A stretch of DNA of 64,000 nt, taken from positions 930,001-994,000 of the forward strand of contig BDGG01000005.1 in the NCBI GenBank assembly GCA_001949185.1, in the 5' to 3' direction. The stretch's first letter is position 1, and every line of letters starts with the position of its first letter. Position numbers and translations under genes: made by a program. The notes beneath the pieces were generated by a model, which worked only from the letters and a program-made list of their open reading frames with translations, was not told where the DNA came from and made no database searches. This DNA comes from Ramazzottius varieornatus (taxonomy: Eukaryota > Animalia > Tardigrada). Below, piece after piece: positions 12,061-23,818 of the stretch.

Positions 12061-14668
12061 ATGGAAAAATCTGAAGTGAGGGACCGAATTCGCCAAGGTA
12101 AGCAAAACGAAAACTTAGAGACTAAAAACAGAAGAAATTCGGATCTCGGCAAACAAACTCGACGAGATCGTTTCCCGAAGTGGCACAACCTTCCAGCTAA
12201 TATCACCGATGACATGCGTCACTTGAAAAACCGATCTGATCGAGTTTGTTTGCCGGTCCCCCGATTTTTGTCAGTGAGGTCGTTTTAATCGAATTCGATG
12301 ATGGTCCAACCTATTGGTTGTCTTTTGGCCGTCAATGTCTTGCGAAAGGATAATATTTTTTAGTGCTCGAACAATATGCCAAGTCTCCAAGCTGGACTCC
12401 ACGGCAAGAACTGCGACAGCCTCTATTCTGGAAATGCATCCGGGCGGAATTTATCGGCTCGTTAATTCTGATGGTATTCACCACTAGCGCATCCAATGGA
12501 GAATATCTGCCATCCATCTCTTATGGATGCGTCATAACAATATTAACATACATCTTCAAAGCCACCAGCATCCATTTCAATCCCGTGGTCAGTCTCTCCG
12601 CCTCGCTGCTTCGTGCGATTACGCCATTCCGATGCATCTGCCTCATCCTTGCTCAAAGCCTCGGTACGAACACGCGACCTTCAAATTCCAAAATTGTGAT
12701 ACTGTGTCACGCAAAACCTTCCGTGACTCTTCACTGTTGAGTTTTCTGACCAGGAAGTCTTTCGGGAGCCACCGTTGTTTGCCTCGGTCTCACTTCGACC
12801 AATGGAACCATAACCACCGTCAGTCCAACAGTATCCGTATCGGCTAGCCAAGGTTTGTACCCACAATATGGTAAATATTTCTTGAAATGAATATATTTTC
12901 TCTATAAATATTTGTAGGTTTTGGGTACGAGTTTTTTGCAACGTTTCTCCTGATGCTAACGATGGCCTCACACCTTGAATGCCCGACGGATGATCAGAAT
13001 TATCCACTGATAATGGGGATCGCCACGACTGCCGTCAGTTCCTTTGCAGTAAGTCCTCCCAATCGTGTTGCTTTCAAGTGTCCAATAAAACCTAATTTCT
13101 TTTCAACGGAGCACAATTCGTTCGCATTCCCTCGCGTGACGAAACAAACGTAAGTGTAATCGACCCGCCCATAGAAAAGGCGCAGCACGATCGCTGTTCC
13201 CCAAAGCTGTCAACTACTTTTTTCTCTGCGATCAAAGAAAAACGATAAACTTCAATGATCATCTCGTATACGATCAGAGTTAGCTGACGACGCGACGCTC
13301 GGTTACGCCACAGGAAGCTCGATCAGTAACCACATCGGCGCGGGTCTACCAAGGGGGCTCTTCATCAGGGAATCGACATAAGGCCTCTCGTGAAGACCCA
13401 GCGAAAACGCGCAGAGGTTTCTGAATGAGTTTTCCCCTTTTATTGTCACCCATTCACCCGTTCAATGCAAACGGTTATTTCTGTTAGTTGTGATTTCACA
13501 CTTCACCTGCGTCCCAAATCAGGGAACCTTTTTTGCTATTCATCTCGAGATCGAGCCTCGAGAGTGCTTGACTAGGTCGTTTTCTTGATGAATAGTTGAG
13601 CTAATCGAATCAGGTCTCAATCCCACGCTGAGCTACAGCAATTTATTCAGAACCAGACGCGACCCGAATGCAGCAAACAAATTTTCCCCACCGTAAAACG
13701 TTTTCTTCTACTAGCGGAGAGCTCGATTGCGAAGTTTTAGCCACAAAGGAGGAGCACAGGAAAGTTTGTTCGGCCCAGATCAACCAGCGGGAATCCAGCC
13801 CACGATACACGTAATAGTGCAGCGAGCTTGGCTCGATGCCTGCCTCGATGATACCCCGGTCAGCCTGCGTACGAACAAGTGACACCGAGCGATGTCCGTG
13901 CGCGATTTCGTCTGGGTGATACCCCGGGTAAAGTAGCGCACTAACACGTTGGCTCCACTGCGTTTCTGTGCGAGTAGTTTTCCGAGCAGTGCAAAAGAAA
14001 TAATTCCATTGCTACGCCATCCTTTCTGTCGGATGCTTGACAGAGATCCCGGAGGCAATCGAGCAGGCGTGACGAGAATGCCAGACGCAGCCATCTAGCG
14101 TGATTAATTTGTCCGTCGGATTCGCAAGATTTTGTCAGCTTCCTGCAATCTAATGTCAAAGTCAGCCAAACTAAGTTCCTTTTCAGCGCTCACGCACTGA
14201 TGAAGGAAAGGATTAAAGCAACGGCAAGCAGATGAGGTTGGCAATTAGGTTCGAGAAAGAAAACACTTGCAGTCCACCACAACGCAATTTGGTTAATATC
14301 ATTTCAGCACAACGCCACAGGAGGATTCCTCAATCCCTTCAGAGCCCTCTCCCTGGCTTTGTTTCACAGGCAGTACTCTTCTCATTACGTAAGTGAGTTT
14401 TGGTTTTTCATCCTTCATTACCATCCTCATCTATCTTCGTTGTCTCTTTCAAGTGCGCTTCCGGTTGTAGGTGTACTGGCTGGGTCCTGTTCTCGGTTCG
14501 CTGCTCGCAGTCTTCACCCATGATTTCTTGCGACCTTCACGATCTACCCGCAGTGACACGCTTCACCGTAACGCAAACGGAAATCTAACGTCATTGCCGG
14601 TTGCAGTCAGTCGCAGCCAAGAAGCCATCCAGATGGATTCCGAATTTACAATAGCTACTCTGACATAA
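12061..14668 (+). CDS. Aquaporin (MIP family) with divergent NPV/NPF boxes, about 6 exons
   Basis: QELRQPLFWKCIRAEFIGS, HFNPVVS, LILAQSLG, GYEFFATF, TGGFLNPFRAL and VYWLGPVLGS. The first coding exon is uncertain; an alternative lies at ~11415-11508. Confidence 0.9.
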
Positions 14669-14772
14669 CATTCCCCGGAAAAGATTTTCTATCTCACTGA
14701 ATATTATTCCCAGACTGTGATCACAGCCCATTCTACAGTATTTCGAACTTTTTGTCAAGAATGCTTACGGGC

Positions 14773-17700
14773 TTAGTGTATAGAGTTTACCTTCACTATG
14801 CAGTTGCGTAGAGAGAGGTTTTCAGAAGCCAAGGATATTCCTCGAATGGTGTCCAGTGTCAGTCCTTTCGACTTCGTGCTGGAAGACCCTAAGGGCGTGT
14901 TGGAAGACGTTTCATTGCTTCGCTGTAGGATCGCGGCTTGAAGTGTAATGTCCAGTATGGTGTTTATCCGTTTGGCCATATCAACAGACTTGGTGTACGG
15001 ATCGTTCCGTTCGACATCTGTAACATAAGTAAAGTTTCGAGTATGCTGACTGTGCATTTGAAGAGTGTGAAAAGCTGAACCCATCCCTGCTTTAAGCAGC
15101 CATACTTACTGTTGAGGAAAGCGCGAACATCTCCGATGATGCGGGAGTTTTGTGTTACGAGGTTCCCAGGTGGAAGTGCCTGGACGAGTACGCTGACGCA
15201 GTACAGCACGGCTTGAGTGACAGCACTGTTAAAACAAGGAAGACCCAACTGGAAGCCGACAAGGGTCTGATCTATCGCTACTGCAAAGTAGTTCCATAAC
15301 TTACGCATCTGAGTGAGATCGGAAAGACCAGACAAATTCGAGAACTCGAAGGGCCAGAGCTGGCGTGTCAGGCAGGTCTTTAGCGTGATGTATCAGCATG
15401 CCTAATGTGCTGATCAAATGGCACAGGAACAGTGCTTCTTCCATTCGTAACACTGAGTAAACAGCTTTGGTGTCACTTCCGTAACCCAGAAGTGGGAGAA
15501 TGTACAACTTGGCCACGTTGGTCAGGTGGTTCTTGCTGGGCACCGCTGGTTTTACGGCCTACGAGCAACACAAACGTTTACTGTCTGCCCGAACAACCCA
15601 AAGAACATTGCGGATATAAAAACCACCAATCAAAAGTCGCACCGAAGCAATACGACGAGTTTTGGTATTCAAAGTTGTCACCGCATCAATCTCCGATGCG
15701 CCAACCGGAAGTGGGTTAGGCAACTTGGGAATGGTGGCGAGTTTGGCTGCAGCGGCCCTCAGAATCTGTAAAAGTGTCTTGTTCATGCCGTACGAACAGG
15801 GACTTTGCATGGTTTCAGTGACAAGAAGCACATTGACGTACGTGGAGCATCTCAAGTCGAACGCCGATGCCATAGTTCCTCGCTATGGCTTCGCGACCGA
15901 TATAAGCGCCGGCAGTTTTCGGGTTCATCGTCGTCAGCTGCACGAGCGCTTCATGGCGACTTTCCATGGCTTCTTTCAGCGGCCCTTCAAGTTCCATACA
16001 GAACAGAACTTTGAGAAAGGCTTCCGCCATCTGTTCCGTAGCGTCAGGCTGCCTTCGAAGGAGGTCCGGTAGAGCTTGTAAGGAGACAACGCGACGTCGA
16101 ACGTCATCTTTCGCTACCAAGCCTGCAGAGAAAACCAACATGATTACAGAATTCAGATATGGATAGTTATCATAGTTAACCAACCGTCGAAGCAGTCTTG
16201 TAAGTACTTCGGCTTGTTGATGTGCATCTTGTGCCGAAGTTTGTCGTCGGAAGGCATTTCGTGAGGAACCAAGTCATCATCGCTGTCGGGTAACTTCATC
16301 TCTTTCGCGCCCGTTTCTTGAATGTCCCCCTCAGGCTCGGCTTCCGCGGTCTGTTCGCTTGACAGACCGCTGACCTGTTCATCCTTGCTCGTTTCCTCCC
16401 AAATAGGTACCTTCACTTTGTCGTTGCTGAAGTCATTCGTCCCACAGTTGAGCAAAGACTTTAAATGTACAGTTTCTTCGTCCTCGGGATACTGTCAAGG
16501 AAAAGCCAGTTCATATGCCGTATCGAAAAATGACATCCATGAATCTAAGTGTCGCACAAACCTCAAACTTCAAACCGGCTTCTGGTGTTGGTTGGAATAT
16601 TTTCGTAACAGTTTCTCCCATGAGCATTCCATTGCGGCGAACTCGTGGGTCCGTAGAGGACAACCGCTTCTCCACGCCCTGCATTGTAGACTTCAGGATA
16701 CCTACAACTCAACAATACGCTGCTGCCCCACTGTCAAGAAACGACACAGATATTTCGCGCGGATGTTACACGAAAGTTCTTTCTGTCGTGACTTACTTTG
16801 TCCATAACGATCATCAGGAGGAAAACAGCCGTCTATGGTTCCAGCTGCTATCATAAGAGCCTTCGTAAGGGACATCTCGTACTCGGCAGCCATGTACTTT
16901 TGCCCATAGACCGTTGACCAGGCTTCAAAGAGGTGTGCGACAACCTAAACGGGAAGAAAGCAGACTCAACCGCAATTCTTGTCAATCAGAAGGCCGCGCC
17001 TGCAAAATGGTCGAACGCACCTCACCTCTTTACATTTCTTTCCCTCGTCGTCCAGAGAGCAAAAGTACCGAAAGAGATTTCTGTACGTTAGTACCTAGAA
17101 ACAACAGGGCAATATTAAAACACAGAACAAACCTAATCTCGTCTGGTGGACAGTTACATCAGTCGGTGGCGGAAGTATCTGGTTGAAGAAAAGTCGCTTC
17201 GTCAGGATGCGTTCCAAGTTCGTATTTTCGAGTTTCACTCCGAGCAGGTATGTAAGATCATGATCAGCCCGTAACTGCGGGATGAGGCAGACCAGGAGTA
17301 CTTCGTGGGCTTGAGATGGAATGAACTTGAAGAGCAGCTGGCCGATGCGCCTCCAGATGAAGTCCGTCGTGCATCGACAACACACATCCCAGAACAACGC
17401 TGCAACTGCCTTCGCCTCACCAACTAAAACCATTTTGCCCACCAGGCGACCTAGGAAGGACAGCGAGGCACTGCGCGATGCCTGGATTTCCTTGTGGACA
17501 TGCTCCAGAGCGGAGAGCACGGAGCGACAGACATGGCGGATGTAGTTTGTTGTAAGTAGAACCGTTCTGCAACGCACGCATACTAAGATAGGAGAGATAT
17601 TCTTTTGCAATAGAATTCCGTCCATACCGGCAGTCGTTTTCTTGTAGAAATGGAGCTGTCTTGCTTGGAACGGATACTAGTAACTTGATGTAATCGTCTG

Positions 17701-18201
17701 CAGACAGATCTGTGTGACCGGAAGTGGAAGATTTGGTCGACAATAGAAGTTCCAATGGAATTCTATTGGTGACATACATCTCGAAATGATCGATCAGGAA
17801 ATCCCTCCGCGACGACTGCCTGTAAAGTAACTCTCACTTCATCTGCAGCATTAGAACTGATTTCGCGCGCACGAAGATCTCATACAGCTATACCGAACTG
17901 TGTCCCTCAGAGCGTCGTTCAATATGACGAGCGTTTCCGTCGCATCGCCGACCATCATAAGCTCAGCAACGTTCCGCTGTAACTCAGGATCCGTCAGCCA
18001 GTCTGCTGTCCTCAACGCGACAGTAAGTGCTCTTTCGAACGCAGCGACGAAATCCACATTAGGTCCAGCAGCGGAACTGCGGCTGTTGAGCACGTTCGTA
18101 ATCGCATAGTTCAGATCGGAAGGATTCGCAGCAGTCTCCATGTTCGAAACCAGTTGAGCGTACTGTCGTCGAACATCGTTAGGACTGTCGATGGTGTCCA
18201 T
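14773..18201 (-). CDS. TELO2: Telomere length regulation protein TEL2 homolog
   Basis: Contains FLGRLVGKMVLVG, DFIWRRIGQ, the DSDDDLVPHEM CK2 motif, KPKYLQDC, SRHEALVQL and DVERNDP, spread over many GT-AG exons. Confidence 0.88.
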
Positions 18202-18630
18202 CCTAGCACTGACCGCAAAGGTGAAAAGTCCAGCTAGTTTATTCCGGCGATATTCCGAAGAACAGAAGGAAGATAAGTTAGATAACCTGAGGGCTCAGCT
18301 AATGACATGTTATGAGTACCGTAATAGAAACAGCTAGTGTACCGTCATGTCAGGTCAGGTCATGCCATAAAGCACAGTTTGTATCTCGTTAGTATGTCAT
18401 CACAGACTGAACTTCCGCCTTCCGGTTCGATGGTTTCACTCGTTAAGTTTAAAATCTACGTTCTCGAAAACTTCCAGCAGGATGTAGAAACATGAAAACC
18501 CGAGTGGTTTTCCAATCATAACCAGAACCAGCGCAAAAACATCCAGAGGGACTTCAGTAGAACTGCGGAAGGGCCATGGACAGATTAATGGGAAACTTTG
18601 GAAGTACTTTGATAACGCAAACATAAACTA

Positions 18631-19437
18631 CTACAAAAACGTCTGAGAGGTTTTAGGGAAGGAGAATATCTGTAACGATGGCATGGCTGTTTCAAGAATC
18701 TTGTAGTTGGTCGAAGAATTCGGAGCGCGCAATCGAGTAACGTATTCAGCCAGGCGTTCAGGACAGACTTGTTGAAGGTGCTTTCCGCCAAACCATCCTT
18801 CCACCTTTTGGTCTCCATTCAAACTCCTGTTAAGAATGAAATGCAAAATTATCCAGTGAGAACACACGGAGTGACAAACGACTCACCAGCAACAGCGAAA
18901 CTCCATTCCTTCTTCCATATCGTCCGAGTAAGGTCTGTGCTCCAATATCACATCTGGATACAGTTTCCGCTGCAGCAGATAGTCGATCAGCAGCACAAAT
19001 GCTCGATCCCGCGCTTCCTCTTGCTCTTGCACCTCGTATCGTCGCATTACAGCCAGGAGCTCTTTGACTCTCGACCGTGAGTTCGGATCTGCGCTCTCGG
19101 CAGACCTCTGTCGTGCTGCATCAGGCTGGGAAGGCTTGGGTTGGGGAACTGGTGAGGAGTAGTTTAGGTGAACAGATGTCAGACTACCAGGAACGCTTTT
19201 GCGCCCAGCGCTATCCGGAGACCGGCTGACAACTGTCGACGGTAGGGCTTTCCGGCCGGAGTCATTCGTCTTGATAACATTGGCAACCAGTGGATGAGGT
19301 TCGGTCGAGCGACTAGGACGAAAGGCATTGGACGAGGTGGTAGGAAGATGGTGCGTTGCAGAAGACTGGGAATGTCTTGGTCTTGATACCGCTTCCACTT
19401 CGAATACTTCCAGATCTACGATTTTCGATTCCTCCAT
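18631..19437 (-). CDS. Protein with disordered N-terminus and a divergent C-terminal chromo/chromo-shadow-like domain (intron 18886-18827)
   Basis: Spliced KLYPDVILEHR..GMEFRCCW..EGWFGGKHLQQVCPERLAEY aligns by eye with the chromo consensus YEVEKILDHR..EYLVKW..TWEPEENL..CPELIAEF. The start codon is uncertain. Confidence 0.55.
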
Positions 19438-20417
19438 TTCCTTGACAAAGTCTAGACATAAAGGGATGAACCTGCAAGAAGAAAAGCCATCTGAGGAAGA
19501 CACTACGAGGTAAACGACATAATTCGGGCATATCAATTTTCGCACCATAATTCGGGCAACGCAAAACGTTTGAAGATTATCATCAATGCTTGATTCATCT
19601 CTCATCGTACGCCTGTTGATACAGCATTAGGCTTTTTAACATTGGACAGACCCACCTCCCTCCCAGGCCAAATTCTCGTTATCCACAACGCTTTCCTGTT
19701 CTCAAACCTATCGAAACCTCGAGGCAAGGGATCAGTCTACCTCAGGAAACAAGAAGCGGTTCATCACGTGCAGCAGAAGCTGAGAAAAAATATGCCCGAA
19801 TTACGAGTGAAAAACCAGTATGCCCGAATTATGTCGTTCACCTCGTAACTGTTTCTGAGAGCGAGAAACAACGAATCAGCGGAATCACTCATCAGACTGT
19901 ACTGTAATCAGTGTCATGTAAAGTGACGTAATGTACTTTATACATACAGTATGTAACCCCGGAAAGCACTGCAGTGACGGTTGACCACCTTCCACGGTTC
20001 CTGTCTGGCCTGTCACATCGTGTCTCCTGCGACTTTCGGACAAGAGTATGCAGCGATTGATCGATCAAGTCACAGGCAGACTAAGGAGTACGTGTACTCC
20101 AGGCAAAGTTTCGCTTGCATAGAGACAAATTAATGGAGTCTTGAAAACCGGTATGCAACGATAGCGGCGTACCTTGCTCCTAGGATATGTTGTTTGCTAT
20201 GCAGAGTGCTTCCGATGGTCGGCAAGAAAGCACTTCCACCCCGCTCTGTTTCCCGACTAGACAGGAAGAGAGATTTGTTTGTGCGAGCACGAGTTTAGAA
20301 CATGAGGTTCTCAAGAATACACAAACAGAATCCTGAGCAAATGACGAAGGACCAATCACTGTCCTAGCGATCAGTTTTCTTACTTTTTCCGTAAGAAAAC
20401 GTACTTTGCATCCCACT

Positions 20418-21407
20418 ATGAACCAGACCGACCTCTTTAACGTCACGAAGCATGAAGATCACGCGGAGACCTATGCCTGTAACAATCCGTTTTATCCTTT
20501 TACATATCCGCAACGCTTGGCTCTACACATAATGGCTATACCGGTTACTGTCTTCACCATTGTTTACAACTTCGCCGTTGTAGCCATTTTCGTAACGACG
20601 ACAAACTTCCTTCGGCAGCCTCACCAGCTCTACTTCTTTAACCTAGCCATCTGCGATCTCATCATCGGCCTTGTGGCTCTTCCTTCTCGGCTCGTCCAGG
20701 ATCTGTACGGATGCTGGCCTCTACCCGATGCTTTTTGTCGCATGTACAAAATTCTCGATTGGGTAGTCTCCAGCGAGATAGCTGGTAATATTATTCTGAT
20801 AGCTTTCTTACGGTACGATGTGATTTGCGAAGGAGCAGCGAGAAGAGAAGAAAGCTTCGCAAGAGTCGCCACGAAGATTTTACAAACCTGGATTATCAAC
20901 GCCATTATCTTCGGTCCGGTTCAGTTTCTGGATATGTGGACTGGTCTTCGACTAGCCAAGAAAGGGCAATGCAGCAACGAGTTCTTTCAGGTCCCGATTC
21001 TGGCAAACTTCCTGGTTGTACTCGGACTTTTTCCTCCGGTGATCGTCGTCCTTCTCAACATCCTTGCTTCCTGTAGAAAGAAACGGATTACGCAGAGCGT
21101 GGTCGTTGTCTCTTTGTCAGCTTGCCTGGAATTGCATAAAGCCTTGCAGGAGTTACGCGAAGAACGAGTACGGAAACAGATGCGGACTATGTTGCTCCTG
21201 ACGTTATCGTTCCTCATAACAACTTGCCCCATCAGCCTGACAACCATCATGTCTTTTGCGGATAGCACTTTGATTGACATCCCGGTCTCCCTCCTTCTGC
21301 TGTACTTTCTGTATTTCAACAGCTTTTTCAACGCGGTGATCTATCACAATCCGCAGGACATTCTTTCGCTGTCCAGACCCTTGATCAGAGCCCGATTTTC
21401 TGCCTGA
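20418..21407 (+). CDS. Intronless rhodopsin-class GPCR with divergent motifs
   Basis: Seven hydrophobic segments, NLAICDLIIG (TM2), WPLPDAFC (ECL1/TM3), LRY, an ECL2 Cys and NSFFNAVIY. Confidence 0.88.
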   Translation: MNQTDLFNVTKHEDHAETYACNNPFYPFTYPQRLALHIMAIPVTVFTIVYNFAVVAIFVTTTNFLRQPHQLYFFNLAICDLIIGLVALPSRLVQDLYGCWPLPDAFCRMYKILDWVVSSEIAGNIILIAFLRYDVICEGAARREESFARVATKILQTWIINAIIFGPVQFLDMWTGLRLAKKGQCSNEFFQVPILANFLVVLGLFPPVIVVLLNILASCRKKRITQSVVVVSLSACLELHKALQELREERVRKQMRTMLLLTLSFLITTCPISLTTIMSFADSTLIDIPVSLLLLYFLYFNSFFNAVIYHNPQDILSLSRPLIRARFSA

Positions 21408-21575
21408 AAGATGTCATGTCATATACGCCCGAGACTGGAGTTTCTGACTGAATTCTTCCTTTGCGGCACTGGCGCGGAGGTTTATTCCATTGATCCTGTT
21501 AACTAGACAGACTTGTACAAACTAGCTAAGTCTTATAGACCAATGTAAAGTTTGTAAACGCGATACGAAGGTCCA

Positions 21576-23424
21576 TCATTTTATCGCAGCAGTATTTCTT
21601 ATTCGCGTTTTCCATCCACTCAGTTCCAATAAACGTTTCTTTAAAATTACAGTACCTAGTGGCCGTTGCACATTGACCGCACTTGTCCAGCCAGGATCTA
21701 AAACACCAAAGTAAACTTTATCAGAAACACTCTTCGAATCAACATCGCTAGTACTTTTCACTTTCGACAACCGAGCGAGTAGGTTCGCCGCCGAGGAGAC
21801 CCTGACATCAAACCCGCAGACTTCCACATGAGGAATCTGCCGCCGAAAGCTCACTGCATCTGGTCCATACTCTTTCGCTAAATCTTTTCTCACATTCTCG
21901 ATCAGGCTTTCATCGCGACATGACATTTCAAACCCGATGTTGAAAAAGTCTTTCGGTAGTCCATTCTGTAACCTGGCTTCTGACACTTCAGCCACTTTGA
22001 CTCCTTCGGGAAACTCAATCTGGCAGTTCTTGTACAGACAGTACAGCCATCGTTGCGCGTCCTTCCATCCATCTTGAACTAGTTTCCAAACGGTTTCTTC
22101 GGAGAAAACAGCAGCCAGAAGCTCTACATCATAGATACCTGTAAAAAAAGTAGAACATTTGACAAACATCAGAATATTTTCCCCTTTGGAAAACGGTACC
22201 TTGTAAGGATAGTGCGTAAACGCTCTGGACCAGGAAGTACGGCATTCCATTATACTCTCCTCCTTCCAAACGATTCTTCAAATCCGAAGCCACTAAACCA
22301 ACTTCCTCTATCTCATGATTGATCGTCGCGAGAGAATAGAGAAAGTTCGCCAGGTCCTTGATGCGAAGTCTCTGAGAAGGGTGCATCTGCACCAGCTCAT
22401 CGGTGGAGTATTCGCCGTAAAATTCGGTCTGCGTCTGGATATCTTTTAGGACCTTCTTCTGAATTCTTTGGAACAAATCTTCATCGTAAAACCTCGCGCT
22501 AACGAAGGACTGAAGAAGATGGCAGCATTCAACACTGCTTACTTCGGTTTCGAGGTCGACTTTTGGTAGCTTCGTACTCAGTTTCCGAAATAACTCCACA
22601 TCGAGGTAGTTATTCTGGCGAAGAAATTTCAACGAGGTGATGGTCAACTTTAAATCTGGACCCACGTCTGGTGCCCTTTCGGCTACAGTCGAAAGAAACT
22701 TCGGAAAGTCGCGGCAGTCGACTTTTAGAACGTAGAAAGCGAAGCAGACGAGCTCGAGCTGAAGATGGTCCAAACTGGCAACATTTTCGAATACTGTTTG
22801 ACGGAGCTTCTCTTTGACAGCAGAAGTCAACTTGCGGTAGATCGCGCAGTAAAACAGGATCTGTAGCGTTTGAGGGACAGTCAAGCGTTCGCTATGTGCA
22901 GCCAGCTTGTCGAGGAACACTTTGAAGCATCTCGGTACTCGCTTGTCCAAATCCGAAACTGATATCCACAAATCCATAATACTCAGTGCTTCGTCCAAGC
23001 TGCATGTTAACAATGCTGCGGCGGTCTGATTGTCTAGACGACCTTTCAGGACGGTGTCGATCTCTCTCGAGACGTGCCCCTGGACGGTAGCTGATCTGAC
23101 GAAGAATAGTTTACGGAGTTGTTCTTTCAACATAGACAGCTCGTTCGTGGAGGATGTCAAAACGCTCTTTTTGAAGCCAGGATCCGTTCTTACATAGTCG
23201 TAGAACTTCTGCCTGTAACTTTGTCTAACTTCGCCTACAAGACCAGATGACGGAGTTGGAAGAGAATCGGATGTTGTGGACGTTTCCGGTTGGACTGTAG
23301 TGCTCTTTGGGGACGCTATGTAGCTCAGGTTCGCGTTTTTCGCTGGGGCGTTCCTCGAAGACAGGAGGCGACGATACCTAAAACAAAGACGCACCCGTGT
23401 TATGAACGGTGCAAGTTCCGCCAT
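21576..23424 (-). CDS. Mitochondrial FAST kinase domain protein (FASTKD5-like) with C-terminal RAP domain; one intron ~22198-22138
   Basis: Arg-rich presequence, helical repeats, RLRIKDLANFLYSL and the RAP-like PLGTVILKKRLLELSGW. Confidence 0.75.
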
Positions 23425-23818
23425 GGGATTCGGATACGGTCATACGGCATACGGGCAATCAGAGCTGGGAGTCTGAACTCTGAAGTTGAGTTTGGAACTT
23501 TGGAACACCGAACTTCGAATGGTCGATTTCTTTGGATTCAATCAGGTGAGTCTACATATCTCATGTCATGTCATGGTTATGTCGTTGTGCCTGTGAACTG
23601 CAGAAAGAACGACATGACACGACATGACACGACATGCCTCCTCTTTCTGGACTTAATGCGAATCACACGAATACTCATCAGTTTGTTCAGACTTCAACGC
23701 AGAGCTTTTCAGAGAATCAGAGTCTTCATCGATATCGCTTCTTACAGTACCTGCATTCTAGTAATCTCCTGGTTGGAACAAATCTGTATCTCTTCGTCAT
23801 CGAGACAGCATCGCCAAG

